From IMG/VR virus record IMGVR_UViG_3300020578_000006, positions 62,001 to 126,000 of that record: 64,000 nt of DNA, one strand, 5' to 3'. The position numbers were made by a program, and so were the translations under genes. Under the pieces are notes generated by a model. The model was not told the DNA's origin and did not search any database. It saw only the letters and a program-made list of their open reading frames with translations. Shown here in pieces: positions 8,552 through 17,539 of the stretch (position 1 is its first letter; each line of letters begins with the position of its first letter).

Positions 8552-10810
8552 ATGAATAATCAGATCTTTGTAAAAAAACGTAATGGAAATGCAGAAAAAT
8601 TTGATATTGAAAAAATTCACAGAGTAATCAGATGGTCAATTGAAGGGTTAGACGGGGTAAGCCTATCGGATATAGAAATAAACGCCAAGCTCAATATGGT
8701 GCAAAATGTTACCACTAAAGAAATTCATCAAAGTCTTATTGAAGCAGCTTCTAACCTTATTTCAGTAGAATCACCTAACTATCAGTATGTTGCTTCTAGA
8801 CTATTAAACTATCAGTTACGAAAAGACGTTTGGGGAGGCAAACACGCTCCAAGATTGTTAGATATGATTTATGGTGGAATTAGAAGAAAGATTTATGACC
8901 CTTCTATTATAGAAAAATATACAGAAGACGAAATTAATAAAATGGGTGAGTTTATTGATCATGATAGAGATTTTATTTTTACATATGCAGGTATTAAGCA
9001 GCTGTGTGACAAATATTTAATTAAAAATAGAATATCAGGTACTATTTTTGAAACTCCTCAATTTGCTTATATTCTAATTGCTGCATATGCTTTTGTTAAT
9101 TATAATCCTGAGGATAGGTTAATATACATTAAAAGATTTTACGATGCTATTTCTAAGCATAAAATTAATCTACCAACACCAATTATGGCCGGGGTTAGAA
9201 CAGTATCAAGAGGGTACGCGAGCTGCTGCTTAATTGGTGTAGATGATACAAAAGAATCTATTACTGCTTCCGGTACTGCAGTATCTTTAGCCACGGCTAG
9301 TAGGTGTGGTATTGGTATAGATATTTCTCGTGTCCGGGCAATGGGCACCCCGGTTAATGGTGGTTCAGTTGTGCATACAGGGGTTATCCCCTTTTTAAAG
9401 ATATTCGAAGCATCGGTTAAAGCGTGGCAGCAAAATTCTATAAGAGGAGGTTCCGCTACTGTTAATATACAGTGGTGGCATTACGAGATTGAGGATGTAG
9501 TTGTATTAAAGAATAATGCTGGTACTGATGATAACAGAGTCAGAAAATTAGACTATACTGTCGGAATGTCAAAACTATTTTATGACAGGGTTATAAAAAA
9601 TGAAAACGTAACATTATTTTCACCCAACGAAGTTCCTCACCTTTGGGGAGCATGGGGAACACCTGGTTTTGATAAAATATATGCAGAATGTGAGCAAGAT
9701 AAGAAAATTAAATTTAAAAAGAAGATTTCTGCAAGAAAGCTATTTTCACTTATAATTAAAGAAAGAGTAGAAACCGGTAGAATATATATTTTAAACGTCG
9801 ATACGGCAAACGAACACGTTGCATGGCTAGATCAAGTCACCATGTCAAATCTGTGCACAGAAATTATTCACCCTTATATTCCTTTAAAAGATTTTCATGA
9901 TCAGGAAGCGGAAATAGGAATGTGTATTTTATCAGCAGTGAATATGTTAGAAATTAAGAATTGGAATGAATTAGAAAAGGTGTGTGAGTTAATAGTTAGA
10001 TTTTTAGATGAAATTATAGATGTACAAGATTATTTTAATAAAGCTGCAGAAAATTTTGCTAAGCACCGACGTAGCCTAGGCATAGGTATTACAAACTTGG
10101 CTGCGTTTTTAGCTAAAAACGACGTAAAATACACTTCTAGTAAAGCTCTTCCAATAATTGATGAATGGATGGAGCATTTTCAATACTATCTTTTAAAAGC
10201 TAGTTTGACTCTTGCAAAAGAAAAAGGTAAATGTGAAAAATTTGATCGAACAAAGTATTCTAAGGGCATACTACCTATAGATACTTTTAAGAAAAACACT
10301 ACAGAGATTGTTAAGAGAAAACTATCACTAGATTGGGGTACATTAAGAGAGGAAATTAAAAAACACGGCTTAAGACACAGCACAGTTTCAGCCATAATGC
10401 CTTGTGAATCTAGTTCCGTTATTCAAAATTCTACTAATGGGGTAGAGCCTATTCGCTCACTCATTACCTACAAAATGTCTAAGATGGGTAAATTGCCTGT
10501 ACTGGTTCCAGGCATAGGGAAATATGATCAAAATTATGAGTTAGCTTTTAGTCTACCAGATAATACAGGTCTTATTAATCTTAACGCCGTAATGCAAAAA
10601 TATATAGACATGGCTATTTCTACTAACATATACTATAATTACAGTCATTATGATGGCCACACTTTACCAGATGCTAAAGTAATGAAAGAAATTATGTATG
10701 CATATAGCATGGGTTTGATTAGTTTGTATTATAACAATACAGATGATGGTGATAAGGAGCAGTTAATTACAAAAGAAGACTCTTGTTCTAGTGGGGCATG
10801 TAAACTATGA
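8552..10810 (+). CDS. nrdA: Ribonucleotide reductase class Ia alpha subunit with ATP cone
   Basis: ATP cone VKKRNGNAEKFD, PTPIMAG, ASCCL, NLCTE active site, C-terminal CSSGAC. Confidence 0.97.
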   Translation: MNNQIFVKKRNGNAEKFDIEKIHRVIRWSIEGLDGVSLSDIEINAKLNMVQNVTTKEIHQSLIEAASNLISVESPNYQYVASRLLNYQLRKDVWGGKHAPRLLDMIYGGIRRKIYDPSIIEKYTEDEINKMGEFIDHDRDFIFTYAGIKQLCDKYLIKNRISGTIFETPQFAYILIAAYAFVNYNPEDRLIYIKRFYDAISKHKINLPTPIMAGVRTVSRGYASCCLIGVDDTKESITASGTAVSLATASRCGIGIDISRVRAMGTPVNGGSVVHTGVIPFLKIFEASVKAWQQNSIRGGSATVNIQWWHYEIEDVVVLKNNAGTDDNRVRKLDYTVGMSKLFYDRVIKNENVTLFSPNEVPHLWGAWGTPGFDKIYAECEQDKKIKFKKKISARKLFSLIIKERVETGRIYILNVDTANEHVAWLDQVTMSNLCTEIIHPYIPLKDFHDQEAEIGMCILSAVNMLEIKNWNELEKVCELIVRFLDEIIDVQDYFNKAAENFAKHRRSLGIGITNLAAFLAKNDVKYTSSKALPIIDEWMEHFQYYLLKASLTLAKEKGKCEKFDRTKYSKGILPIDTFKKNTTEIVKRKLSLDWGTLREEIKKHGLRHSTVSAIMPCESSSVIQNSTNGVEPIRSLITYKMSKMGKLPVLVPGIGKYDQNYELAFSLPDNTGLINLNAVMQKYIDMAISTNIYYNYSHYDGHTLPDAKVMKEIMYAYSMGLISLYYNNTDDGDKEQLITKEDSCSSGACKL

Positions 10811-11871
10811 AATCTGTATTAAATTTAAAAAACATCGATCACACTAAGCAGCCTTTATTTTTTGGGGAAGACTTAAATTTACAACGTTATGATAGATTTA
10901 AGTATCCGGTATTTTTTGAGTTATTCAAAAGACAAGAAGAATTTTTTTGGTGGCCTCATGAAATTTCCCTGCAAAAAGATAGAGCTGATTATAAAGATCT
11001 AACACCGGAAGAAAGATTTGTGTTTGATACAAATTTAAAGTTTCAAACATTAGGTGATAGTATGCTATCTAGATCTATACACTCGTTAAAAGACTATGTT
11101 TCTAGCCCGGAACTAGAAATATGTATGAACACCTGGCAAAGGTTTGAAGGGATCCATAGCTACAGCTATAGCTATCTTCTCAACAACGTACATCCAGATG
11201 CATCTAAATTTTTTGATAGTATAATGGATGATAAAGAAATAGTAAGTAGAGCAGAACTAATTCGTAAAAATTACGATAAAATCTTAGGTGGGGAAGATAA
11301 AAAAGATGTTAAGGAAAAGATTTTTGACTGCATTCTAGCAGTCAATGTAATGGAAGGACTAGTGTTCTATGTTAGTTTTGCCTGTTCATTTTACTTTGGG
11401 TACAGAGGTAAAATGGAAGGAAATGCTAAAATTATTAAGTTTATTCAAAGAGATGAAGCTCAACACTTTGCTATAACTCAAAATCTTATTAAAATTCTTC
11501 GAGATGAAGACAAAGAAGGGTTTACATCAACCGTAAAAAAGAATGAAGATAAGATTTATGCTATATATGAACAAGCAACAAAAAATGAAATCGAATGGGC
11601 ACAATATCTTTTTAGTAAAAGTTCATTATTAGGTTTAAATGCTGAGGTCTTAGGGTCATATGCAAAATGGCTTTGTGATAATAGACTACGGTCTCTCGGT
11701 TACAAAAAAGTCTTTAATCAAAAAGAAAATCCAATTGCAGGTTGGTTGGACAGTTATCTAGACAGCAGTAAAGTCCAAGTAGCCCCACAGGAGGCAGAAA
11801 TAGGTGCATACAAAATTGCGGCGCGCGATACAACGATTACAGAAGACGTTTTCGACGACATTAAGTTGTAA
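10807..11871 (+). CDS. nrdB: Ribonucleotide reductase class Ia beta subunit
   Basis: FWWPHE, QTLGDS, EGIHSYSY (radical Tyr), MEGLVFYVSFA, RDEAQH, VAPQE..AY. Confidence 0.96.
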   Translation: MKSVLNLKNIDHTKQPLFFGEDLNLQRYDRFKYPVFFELFKRQEEFFWWPHEISLQKDRADYKDLTPEERFVFDTNLKFQTLGDSMLSRSIHSLKDYVSSPELEICMNTWQRFEGIHSYSYSYLLNNVHPDASKFFDSIMDDKEIVSRAELIRKNYDKILGGEDKKDVKEKIFDCILAVNVMEGLVFYVSFACSFYFGYRGKMEGNAKIIKFIQRDEAQHFAITQNLIKILRDEDKEGFTSTVKKNEDKIYAIYEQATKNEIEWAQYLFSKSSLLGLNAEVLGSYAKWLCDNRLRSLGYKKVFNQKENPIAGWLDSYLDSSKVQVAPQEAEIGAYKIAARDTTITEDVFDDIKL

Positions 11872-11874
11872 TCT

Positions 11875-11882
11875 TATAAATA
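11875..11882 (+). promoter_or_regulatory. Late promoter TATAAATA
   Basis: 8 nt before ATG 11891. Confidence 0.6.
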
Positions 11883-11890
11883 TTAAACAG

Positions 11891-13090
11891 ATGATTCCTG
11901 TTTTTAATACAAAGAGGTTGGAGGCCAACCATTTATATCCTACTTTATTTGGGTTTTCTACTAGAAATAAAGTAGCTGCTAATCTTTTAAACTATGTTTA
12001 CGGGGTTGTGATGGTGGTCGCAATGGCATTTGCATTCCATGCACTAAGTCTCATATTATCCGACTGGAATAAGATATTTGTTTTTCTTGCTAGTTTAGCT
12101 GTTGTAGGGTTGCCTTATTGTGTTAAGATTGTTTTGTTTGGTAACGAAAGATTTGAAGCAAAACACGCCTATCTGTGTTTGGCTATAAGCGTTTTGCCTG
12201 CTATTTTCGATTTTATAGGGTTTTATAGTGAAACAAGCATTAAGCAGACATTAACCCAGACAAAATTTGAAATTGTAGAGAAAATAAGTTACTTTAACAC
12301 TGAAGCTCGTGAAAAATTAGAACAGGAGAAGATTTCTCTACTACAAAAAAGAGATAAAGAACTCGCTGATATTAAATCCAAGTCAGCTCAAAAATTAACA
12401 CAACTTGAGGCTAGGTTGACCAACGCAAAGCAGACTTTTATAGATGAAACTGAAGGAGTTAAGGGGCAATATACAACTGGTAAAATCGGTAGCGGACCAA
12501 GAGCAAAGGAATATCAAGCAGAAATAAGAAAGACACAAGCTTCTAACGAACTAGAAGAAAGAAAAATTCTTCAGGAGCAAGAAATAGACGCAGAAACTAT
12601 TAATAATAAGTATCAGGCCCTAATAGATCAGTGTGATGCCGGTTTAAAAGAGATAGATACATTAGTTTCTAGTGATAATAAAGCAAAAGGACTTCTATAT
12701 CAAGTCAATAATGTAACTAACTTTTCAGATTTATCTAAAGTTACAATTACAGTTAATAATAGTATATCTAATATAAGCTCTAAGATGGGTCTTGAGCCTA
12801 AGTTTGTCTCTTATTCTACAGATGATGTAATACAGCTTTCATTTAGTGCTTTATTGCGTGGTGATATTACTGCATTAGTTTGCTTTTTGCTAGCAGTTCT
12901 CTTAGAAATGGTTGACATAGTTATTGTTTTTATGATAAGAGGTACTCGTAAATCTGAAATAGTTGAAATAAAAGAAGAAGAAAAGAACAAAATATTTTTT
13001 AAAAAATATGATTCTGAAATAAAATCAGAAAAAAATCCTCAAGCAATAGAGCAAATATTTCACCCCTACCAAAATTATACAAAACATTAA
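11891..13090 (+). CDS. Multi-TM coiled-coil membrane protein, DUF4407-like
   Basis: Start reassigned to ATG 11891 (after TATAAATA); N-terminal TMs, long coiled coil with GKIGSGPRA, C-terminal TM. Confidence 0.55.
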   Translation: MIPVFNTKRLEANHLYPTLFGFSTRNKVAANLLNYVYGVVMVVAMAFAFHALSLILSDWNKIFVFLASLAVVGLPYCVKIVLFGNERFEAKHAYLCLAISVLPAIFDFIGFYSETSIKQTLTQTKFEIVEKISYFNTEAREKLEQEKISLLQKRDKELADIKSKSAQKLTQLEARLTNAKQTFIDETEGVKGQYTTGKIGSGPRAKEYQAEIRKTQASNELEERKILQEQEIDAETINNKYQALIDQCDAGLKEIDTLVSSDNKAKGLLYQVNNVTNFSDLSKVTITVNNSISNISSKMGLEPKFVSYSTDDVIQLSFSALLRGDITALVCFLLAVLLEMVDIVIVFMIRGTRKSEIVEIKEEEKNKIFFKKYDSEIKSEKNPQAIEQIFHPYQNYTKH

Positions 13091-13114
13091 TTTTTGGGCC
13101 GTCTAGAACTAAGT

Positions 13115-13182
13115 ACTATTGAAGGCGTATTCAAATAGGGGTGGGAGGTGGGCTCGATAGCAATATCGGGACTATTTGAATA
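13115..13182 (+). other. GC-rich structured intergenic element
   Basis: 11-bp inverted repeat 13128-13138/13172-13182 enclosing GGG tracts and a CTCGATA-GCAA-TATCGGG hairpin. Confidence 0.55.
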
Positions 13183-13186
13183 AATA
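13181..13186 (+). promoter_or_regulatory. Late promoter core TAAATA
   Basis: 4 nt before GTG 13191. Confidence 0.65.
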
Positions 13187-13190
13187 ATAT

Positions 13191-13388
13191 GTGAGTAGCG
13201 GTACTGCTGTTCCGGAGTTATCAACTACCAGGCTGTATAGGCATTTTATGTTAATGCGTGATGAAATCTTAAAGCATAAATGGTATGAAAGTGAAAGATC
13301 TGGTTTTGATGTTGGGTTTGAATATGCTTTACTTGATTGGAATGTTAAATTTAAGCAAGCGTGGGATAAAACTAAGGACCCTTCTTAG
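13191..13388 (+). CDS. Small DUF4032-like protein
   Basis: EILKHKWYESERSGFDVGFEYALLDW matches the recalled DUF4032 motif. Confidence 0.7.
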   Translation: MSSGTAVPELSTTRLYRHFMLMRDEILKHKWYESERSGFDVGFEYALLDWNVKFKQAWDKTKDPS

Positions 13389-15645
13389 CGTTATCTTGTG
13401 GTGCTGCAACATTTCTCTCTACACCGTTACTGCTTTTAGCGGCGTCTCTCAAATCACTATTACTTTTAACCAGTTTTAATGGTAAATTGCGGAAATGATG
13501 ACTATGTGGCACCAGCCTTACACAATCGTCTTCTCCCCACGCACCGAGTGTATTATTATTCATCACTGGAACCCAACTAGGCGTACCTGGGCCTTGAGCT
13601 ATTAGAACCCATCCTATTCTTTTATTCACCCCCGTATTAGTAGTGCCAAATACAGTAGTATCTTCAGTTTCTTGTATCTCTACAGGGGCAGTTACATGAT
13701 TTAGCGTTAATTCTCCCTCAATATGTGCACCTCCACCTACTACTAAGTTACGACTAACACCAAGACTACTATCAATCAACACTTGCTTCATTTGTCTTTG
13801 CTTGAGAGCAATAATATCAGCAGTAATTGTAAGTCTCTTACCACCATCTATATTGACCTCGTTACCACTGGCAATATTAATTTGTTCTCCAGACATATTA
13901 ACAATAGTACCACCTATTTGAACTGGACCAAACGATTTCATGCTTATACCTCCTGCCCCTACCTGAAGGGTATACCTGTTACATACATTAAGGGTGTAAT
14001 TGCCCCCCGGTAAATCATCGACATGAACATATTCTATTAAAGGACTAGCTTCTTGATTCTCGAAAACACCATCAGTTCCTACTGAAACACCAGCATTGTA
14101 TATTTTACCCTGACTATCAACACGTATACTACCAAAATCATTCATCACCAGTCCGATTGTTTCGATTTTATGCTTAGTAACGTCTACTATTTCATGCCCG
14201 CCCAAGCCTAAGCTAGCCTCTGCTTTACTTAAATTGACAATTTTAGAGCTAATTAAAGATTTTAACTGTTGTTTTGCTGGGTCAGGTGTCCAGTTACCTC
14301 CCATCGAGCTCTTACTTTGACCAGTTCCACCGCAGCTGGGGCATTGATAGGTAGGCGGGAATGCAAGATTCTGAGGACTACCAGGGGGCTGCACCCCCTT
14401 ATTGTTAACATTAATGTAATCTGCTACTTCATCCTTAGTACTATCTACTGTAGAGGTAGCAACCGAAGTAAATGGACTATTTTTTAATGTATCATACTTT
14501 CTCCCACCATTACAAACAGGACATGGTCCATAGCTTCCAGCTTGAGACTGCTCAACACTATTAAAAAACTGCTTTTCCTTTACTCTTTGCGTTTCAAATC
14601 TTTGTTTTATATCAGCAATATCTTGCATCAAATCTTTCCATCTTTGTACAGCGCTTGCATCTAAACTACCTATTTTTCTATACAAATCCCCTCTAACAGT
14701 ACTATCATTATCACCATCTACATAATAATTGTCTGTACCACGAACAGTTTCAAACTTATCACCTAAAATTAAGTGTTGTTCATTGGATGTAGCAAGATAT
14801 ATACTCGATGGATTTGTTAAACTAATAAAACTTCCACTATAATGGGTAATATTTACAGCTTCCCTGTTATCTGTATTTACAAATTCTATTGTACCGCCTT
14901 TTTGATTGATCAAATATTTGTTTCTATATGTTTCCACATTATGATCTGTGTTTGATGTATTTGGTTTCTTGTTTTCATAAGAATCGGGGTAATCTGATAA
15001 CTCATAAACATTCTGCCATTCTTGTGCACCATGGCTTGCAGCAAAGTAAACAGGATACATAGGATTACCGTCAATAAAAAATACCCATAAATGAGAACCT
15101 ACCGAAGGAATAGCAAAAGAACCTTTTGCTTTATTTGAATAAGAGGAAGGCCGATAATTGTTACCATATATATTAGCTTTATTGGTACCAGAAGAACCTG
15201 GGCTTACAAACGCATCTTTAAGTGAGAAATTATACTTTTCATATATATTGGCCGGCTTTTCTCCTGTCCCGTCTTTATTTTGACTAAATTCTGTTGTTTT
15301 GAAATCTTTTACCGGTGTAGAGCTCTTATAATCACTGCTATCACTAATAGTTGCGCTTCTATTAAAACTGTTATAACGACCAGAAGAGTCCTCCCCCACT
15401 AAAGGCGAAGCACACTCCGCCCATGGTAAGATATCCTTTAACTCATCCACAATATCAGTAAGATTGCTCTCTATATTAGAACCAAGAAATTTAAATTTTT
15501 TATCTGTTAATGTTTTACCCCAATTGTTATATACCCCCGGAGAAATACTGGGTATGTAGACCTTAACCCTGCCGCTTTTTGCAGGATCATTGTTAGCAAC
15601 TACTATGCCGAGGTAATTACCGTAAAATTTACCTTCAGCCTTCAT
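13372..15645 (-). CDS. gp5: Baseplate hub/spike gp5 (VgrG OB-fold) without lysozyme domain
   Basis: YLGIVVANNDPAKSGRVKV, WAECASP, FAIPSVGSHLWVFFIDGNPMYPVYF; beta-helix repeats ETVRGTDNYYVDGDNDSTVRG; terminal PHSHHF. Confidence 0.8.
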   Translation of the reverse strand: MKAEGKFYGNYLGIVVANNDPAKSGRVKVYIPSISPGVYNNWGKTLTDKKFKFLGSNIESNLTDIVDELKDILPWAECASPLVGEDSSGRYNSFNRSATISDSSDYKSSTPVKDFKTTEFSQNKDGTGEKPANIYEKYNFSLKDAFVSPGSSGTNKANIYGNNYRPSSYSNKAKGSFAIPSVGSHLWVFFIDGNPMYPVYFAASHGAQEWQNVYELSDYPDSYENKKPNTSNTDHNVETYRNKYLINQKGGTIEFVNTDNREAVNITHYSGSFISLTNPSSIYLATSNEQHLILGDKFETVRGTDNYYVDGDNDSTVRGDLYRKIGSLDASAVQRWKDLMQDIADIKQRFETQRVKEKQFFNSVEQSQAGSYGPCPVCNGGRKYDTLKNSPFTSVATSTVDSTKDEVADYINVNNKGVQPPGSPQNLAFPPTYQCPSCGGTGQSKSSMGGNWTPDPAKQQLKSLISSKIVNLSKAEASLGLGGHEIVDVTKHKIETIGLVMNDFGSIRVDSQGKIYNAGVSVGTDGVFENQEASPLIEYVHVDDLPGGNYTLNVCNRYTLQVGAGGISMKSFGPVQIGGTIVNMSGEQINIASGNEVNIDGGKRLTITADIIALKQRQMKQVLIDSSLGVSRNLVVGGGAHIEGELTLNHVTAPVEIQETEDTTVFGTTNTGVNKRIGWVLIAQGPGTPSWVPVMNNNTLGAWGEDDCVRLVPHSHHFRNLPLKLVKSNSDLRDAAKSSNGVERNVAAPQDNAKKGP

Positions 15646-16685
15646 GCTATACCGTAGGTTGGGGGAGAATTTTTAGCATATCTATAATTACTTGTAGGAG
15701 GAAACACCTTTACACTTATATACTCAGGTGTAGAATTGGCAAATGCTATTGCATCTTCTTTTTTAAAAAAGAATACATCGACTACAGGTGTTTTACCTCC
15801 ACTTGCAGTTCTTGCTTTAACTGCACCTCCTGTGTCCGTGGCAAATCTAACACCAATATCGGGGAATTGTATTCTACTTAAGTAAGGAATAATAGCCGGG
15901 TCAACCGCAGCGCTTATACCTTGTTGAAGCTGTCGACCAGTAGAACTCCGTAGAGCTGCAGAATCTGAATCTGTACCGGACCCATACGCCCAATATACTG
16001 TTCTTCTAACATATAGATCAAATCCATTTTTATTATCACCGCTATACTGGGGTGAACTTATTTGTTGTAGATTTTGTTGTGCAGAGTTATTGAAATCATT
16101 ATTTTGAACTTCTGAAAGTGTCATTTCTTTAGAATTATTCTTAAGATTATCTAATGCAGTAGTTACAGTCTCTTGTTTTTTTGCGTTAAAAATATCTGGG
16201 TTACTTAAATCTCTAATACCTTTGGGTGTAAAACTAGGGTATGAGGATTGTACTGATTGGTTAAGATTTCCCAACTGAAAAGCTTGATCATTACCCTTGA
16301 GTGTACCGATAGTTTGCATTGAAATTCCTTTTGAGTAGCTTTCTAGAGTTTTAGTAAGTTGTGAATTTGCACTTTCTAGCTGACTTATAGCAATAGAGTT
16401 CTGTACATTAATTGAGTTTTGGCCTTGAACTGAATTCAAGTAAGAAGTGGCAGATGAATCTAAAGTAGGCCTGATTGCAGTAGCATTTTGTTGAAAAACA
16501 TTTTCCATATTAGTCTGATTAATAGATTGAGGTTGATCATCAGAGTAGGTGATAAAATTATCAGGCAAGTAAGAGGCTAGTGTGTTATCAAACCCATCAA
16601 AAGAAGGAATTGAGGTGGATACAGTATTTTTATCCTGTATCTTGGCTAAAAGATCTGATATTGTGTCTGGTGATGAATAAAACAC
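15642..16685 (-). CDS. Late protein with Q/N/S-rich N-terminus and C-terminal 3D domain
   Basis: TVYWA, AVDPAIIPY, ATDTGGAV, VVDVFF; paralogous to 4157..4720; overlaps gp5 start. Confidence 0.75.
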   Translation of the reverse strand: MFYSSPDTISDLLAKIQDKNTVSTSIPSFDGFDNTLASYLPDNFITYSDDQPQSINQTNMENVFQQNATAIRPTLDSSATSYLNSVQGQNSINVQNSIAISQLESANSQLTKTLESYSKGISMQTIGTLKGNDQAFQLGNLNQSVQSSYPSFTPKGIRDLSNPDIFNAKKQETVTTALDNLKNNSKEMTLSEVQNNDFNNSAQQNLQQISSPQYSGDNKNGFDLYVRRTVYWAYGSGTDSDSAALRSSTGRQLQQGISAAVDPAIIPYLSRIQFPDIGVRFATDTGGAVKARTASGGKTPVVDVFFFKKEDAIAFANSTPEYISVKVFPPTSNYRYAKNSPPTYGIA

Positions 16686-16690
16686 AAAAT

Positions 16691-16696
16691 TATTTA
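16691..16696 (-). promoter_or_regulatory. Late promoter core TAAATA (3D protein-gp5 operon)
   Basis: 5 nt before GTG 16685. Confidence 0.65.
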
Positions 16697-16697
16697 A

Positions 16698-16725
16698 TTG
16701 ATTATACTGTTTAACAAGTTATATT
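16698..16725 (+). promoter_or_regulatory. Sigma70-like promoter of the deazaguanine operon
   Basis: TTGATT-N16-TATATT, 7 nt before ATG 16733. Confidence 0.65.
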
Positions 16726-16732
16726 ATATAGA

Positions 16733-17539
16733 ATGAAAGTTTCTCATGAGACCCCTATTTCACTGTTAGATTATTCTAGAGATTACAATGATTTTGACTA
16801 TTGTTTAGTACATTTATTAGATAAACACCCTGATTACAAGGAGTTTTATAAGACAGCAAGACCTATTTACAATCGAGAAGTACTTCTAGACAATTCTATA
16901 TTTGAATTAGGCAAAGCATTTGACGCAGAGGCTTTCTATAAAGCAGCTTTAGAACTAGAACCTAATATGTTCATAGTTCCAGATGAACTGGAAGATATGA
17001 CCGGTACGATACAAAGCTTTAAAAGCTTTACAAACAAAATGCAAGATTTAAAAAACACCTTTCTAACCAAGGCCATTGGTGCTGTGCAGGGTAAAAACTG
17101 GCAAGAGTTAACCGAGTGTTATAAGTTTATATCTGATAACGCAGATATGGTTGCAATAAGTTTTGATTTTAGTTATTACCAGGTAACAGGTCGCGGTTGG
17201 CACCATTTAGAGCGTTGGTGTTCGGGTCGTCAGCGCTTTATTCAAGATTTAATAAATAATGGTCTATGGAGGTGGGATAAGCCTCATCATTTGTTGGGAT
17301 GCTCACTAGCAAAAGAATTTCGTTACTATGTCGATAGAGGTATTCACAATATTGTGTCTTGTGATACTAGCAATCCAATTGTTGCCGCTATTCATGAAAT
17401 AAAGTATGATGCGGATTATGGGCTAGACACTAAACCTTCTACTAAGCTTGCAGATCTGATTAGTCATGAATTTACACCTGAACAATTAGAGATGGTTAAG
17501 TACAATACTACAATGTTTAAGAAAATTATTCGTAGATGA
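16733..17539 (+). CDS. dpdA: TGT-fold deazaguanine transglycosylase-like protein (DpdA family, probably DpdA3-type)
   Basis: TGT-like motif order LLDNS, IVPD, AVQG, HHLLG, SCDTS with both candidate catalytic Asp; in operon with queF. Confidence 0.7.
   Translation: MKVSHETPISLLDYSRDYNDFDYCLVHLLDKHPDYKEFYKTARPIYNREVLLDNSIFELGKAFDAEAFYKAALELEPNMFIVPDELEDMTGTIQSFKSFTNKMQDLKNTFLTKAIGAVQGKNWQELTECYKFISDNADMVAISFDFSYYQVTGRGWHHLERWCSGRQRFIQDLINNGLWRWDKPHHLLGCSLAKEFRYYVDRGIHNIVSCDTSNPIVAAIHEIKYDADYGLDTKPSTKLADLISHEFTPEQLEMVKYNTTMFKKIIRR

Noticed and set aside
8552-11871. Introns or inteins in nrdA/nrdB
   Set aside because: Both ORFs are continuous and of normal length with all motifs in order
11804-11890. 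N-terminal extension of the membrane protein overlapping nrdB
   Set aside because: A late promoter at 11875-11882 lies inside it; ATG 11891 is the better start
13081-13120. preQ1-I riboswitch (minus-strand GTTCTAG followed by an A-run)
   Set aside because: No P1 stem can form around the motif and there is no downstream minus-strand gene to regulate
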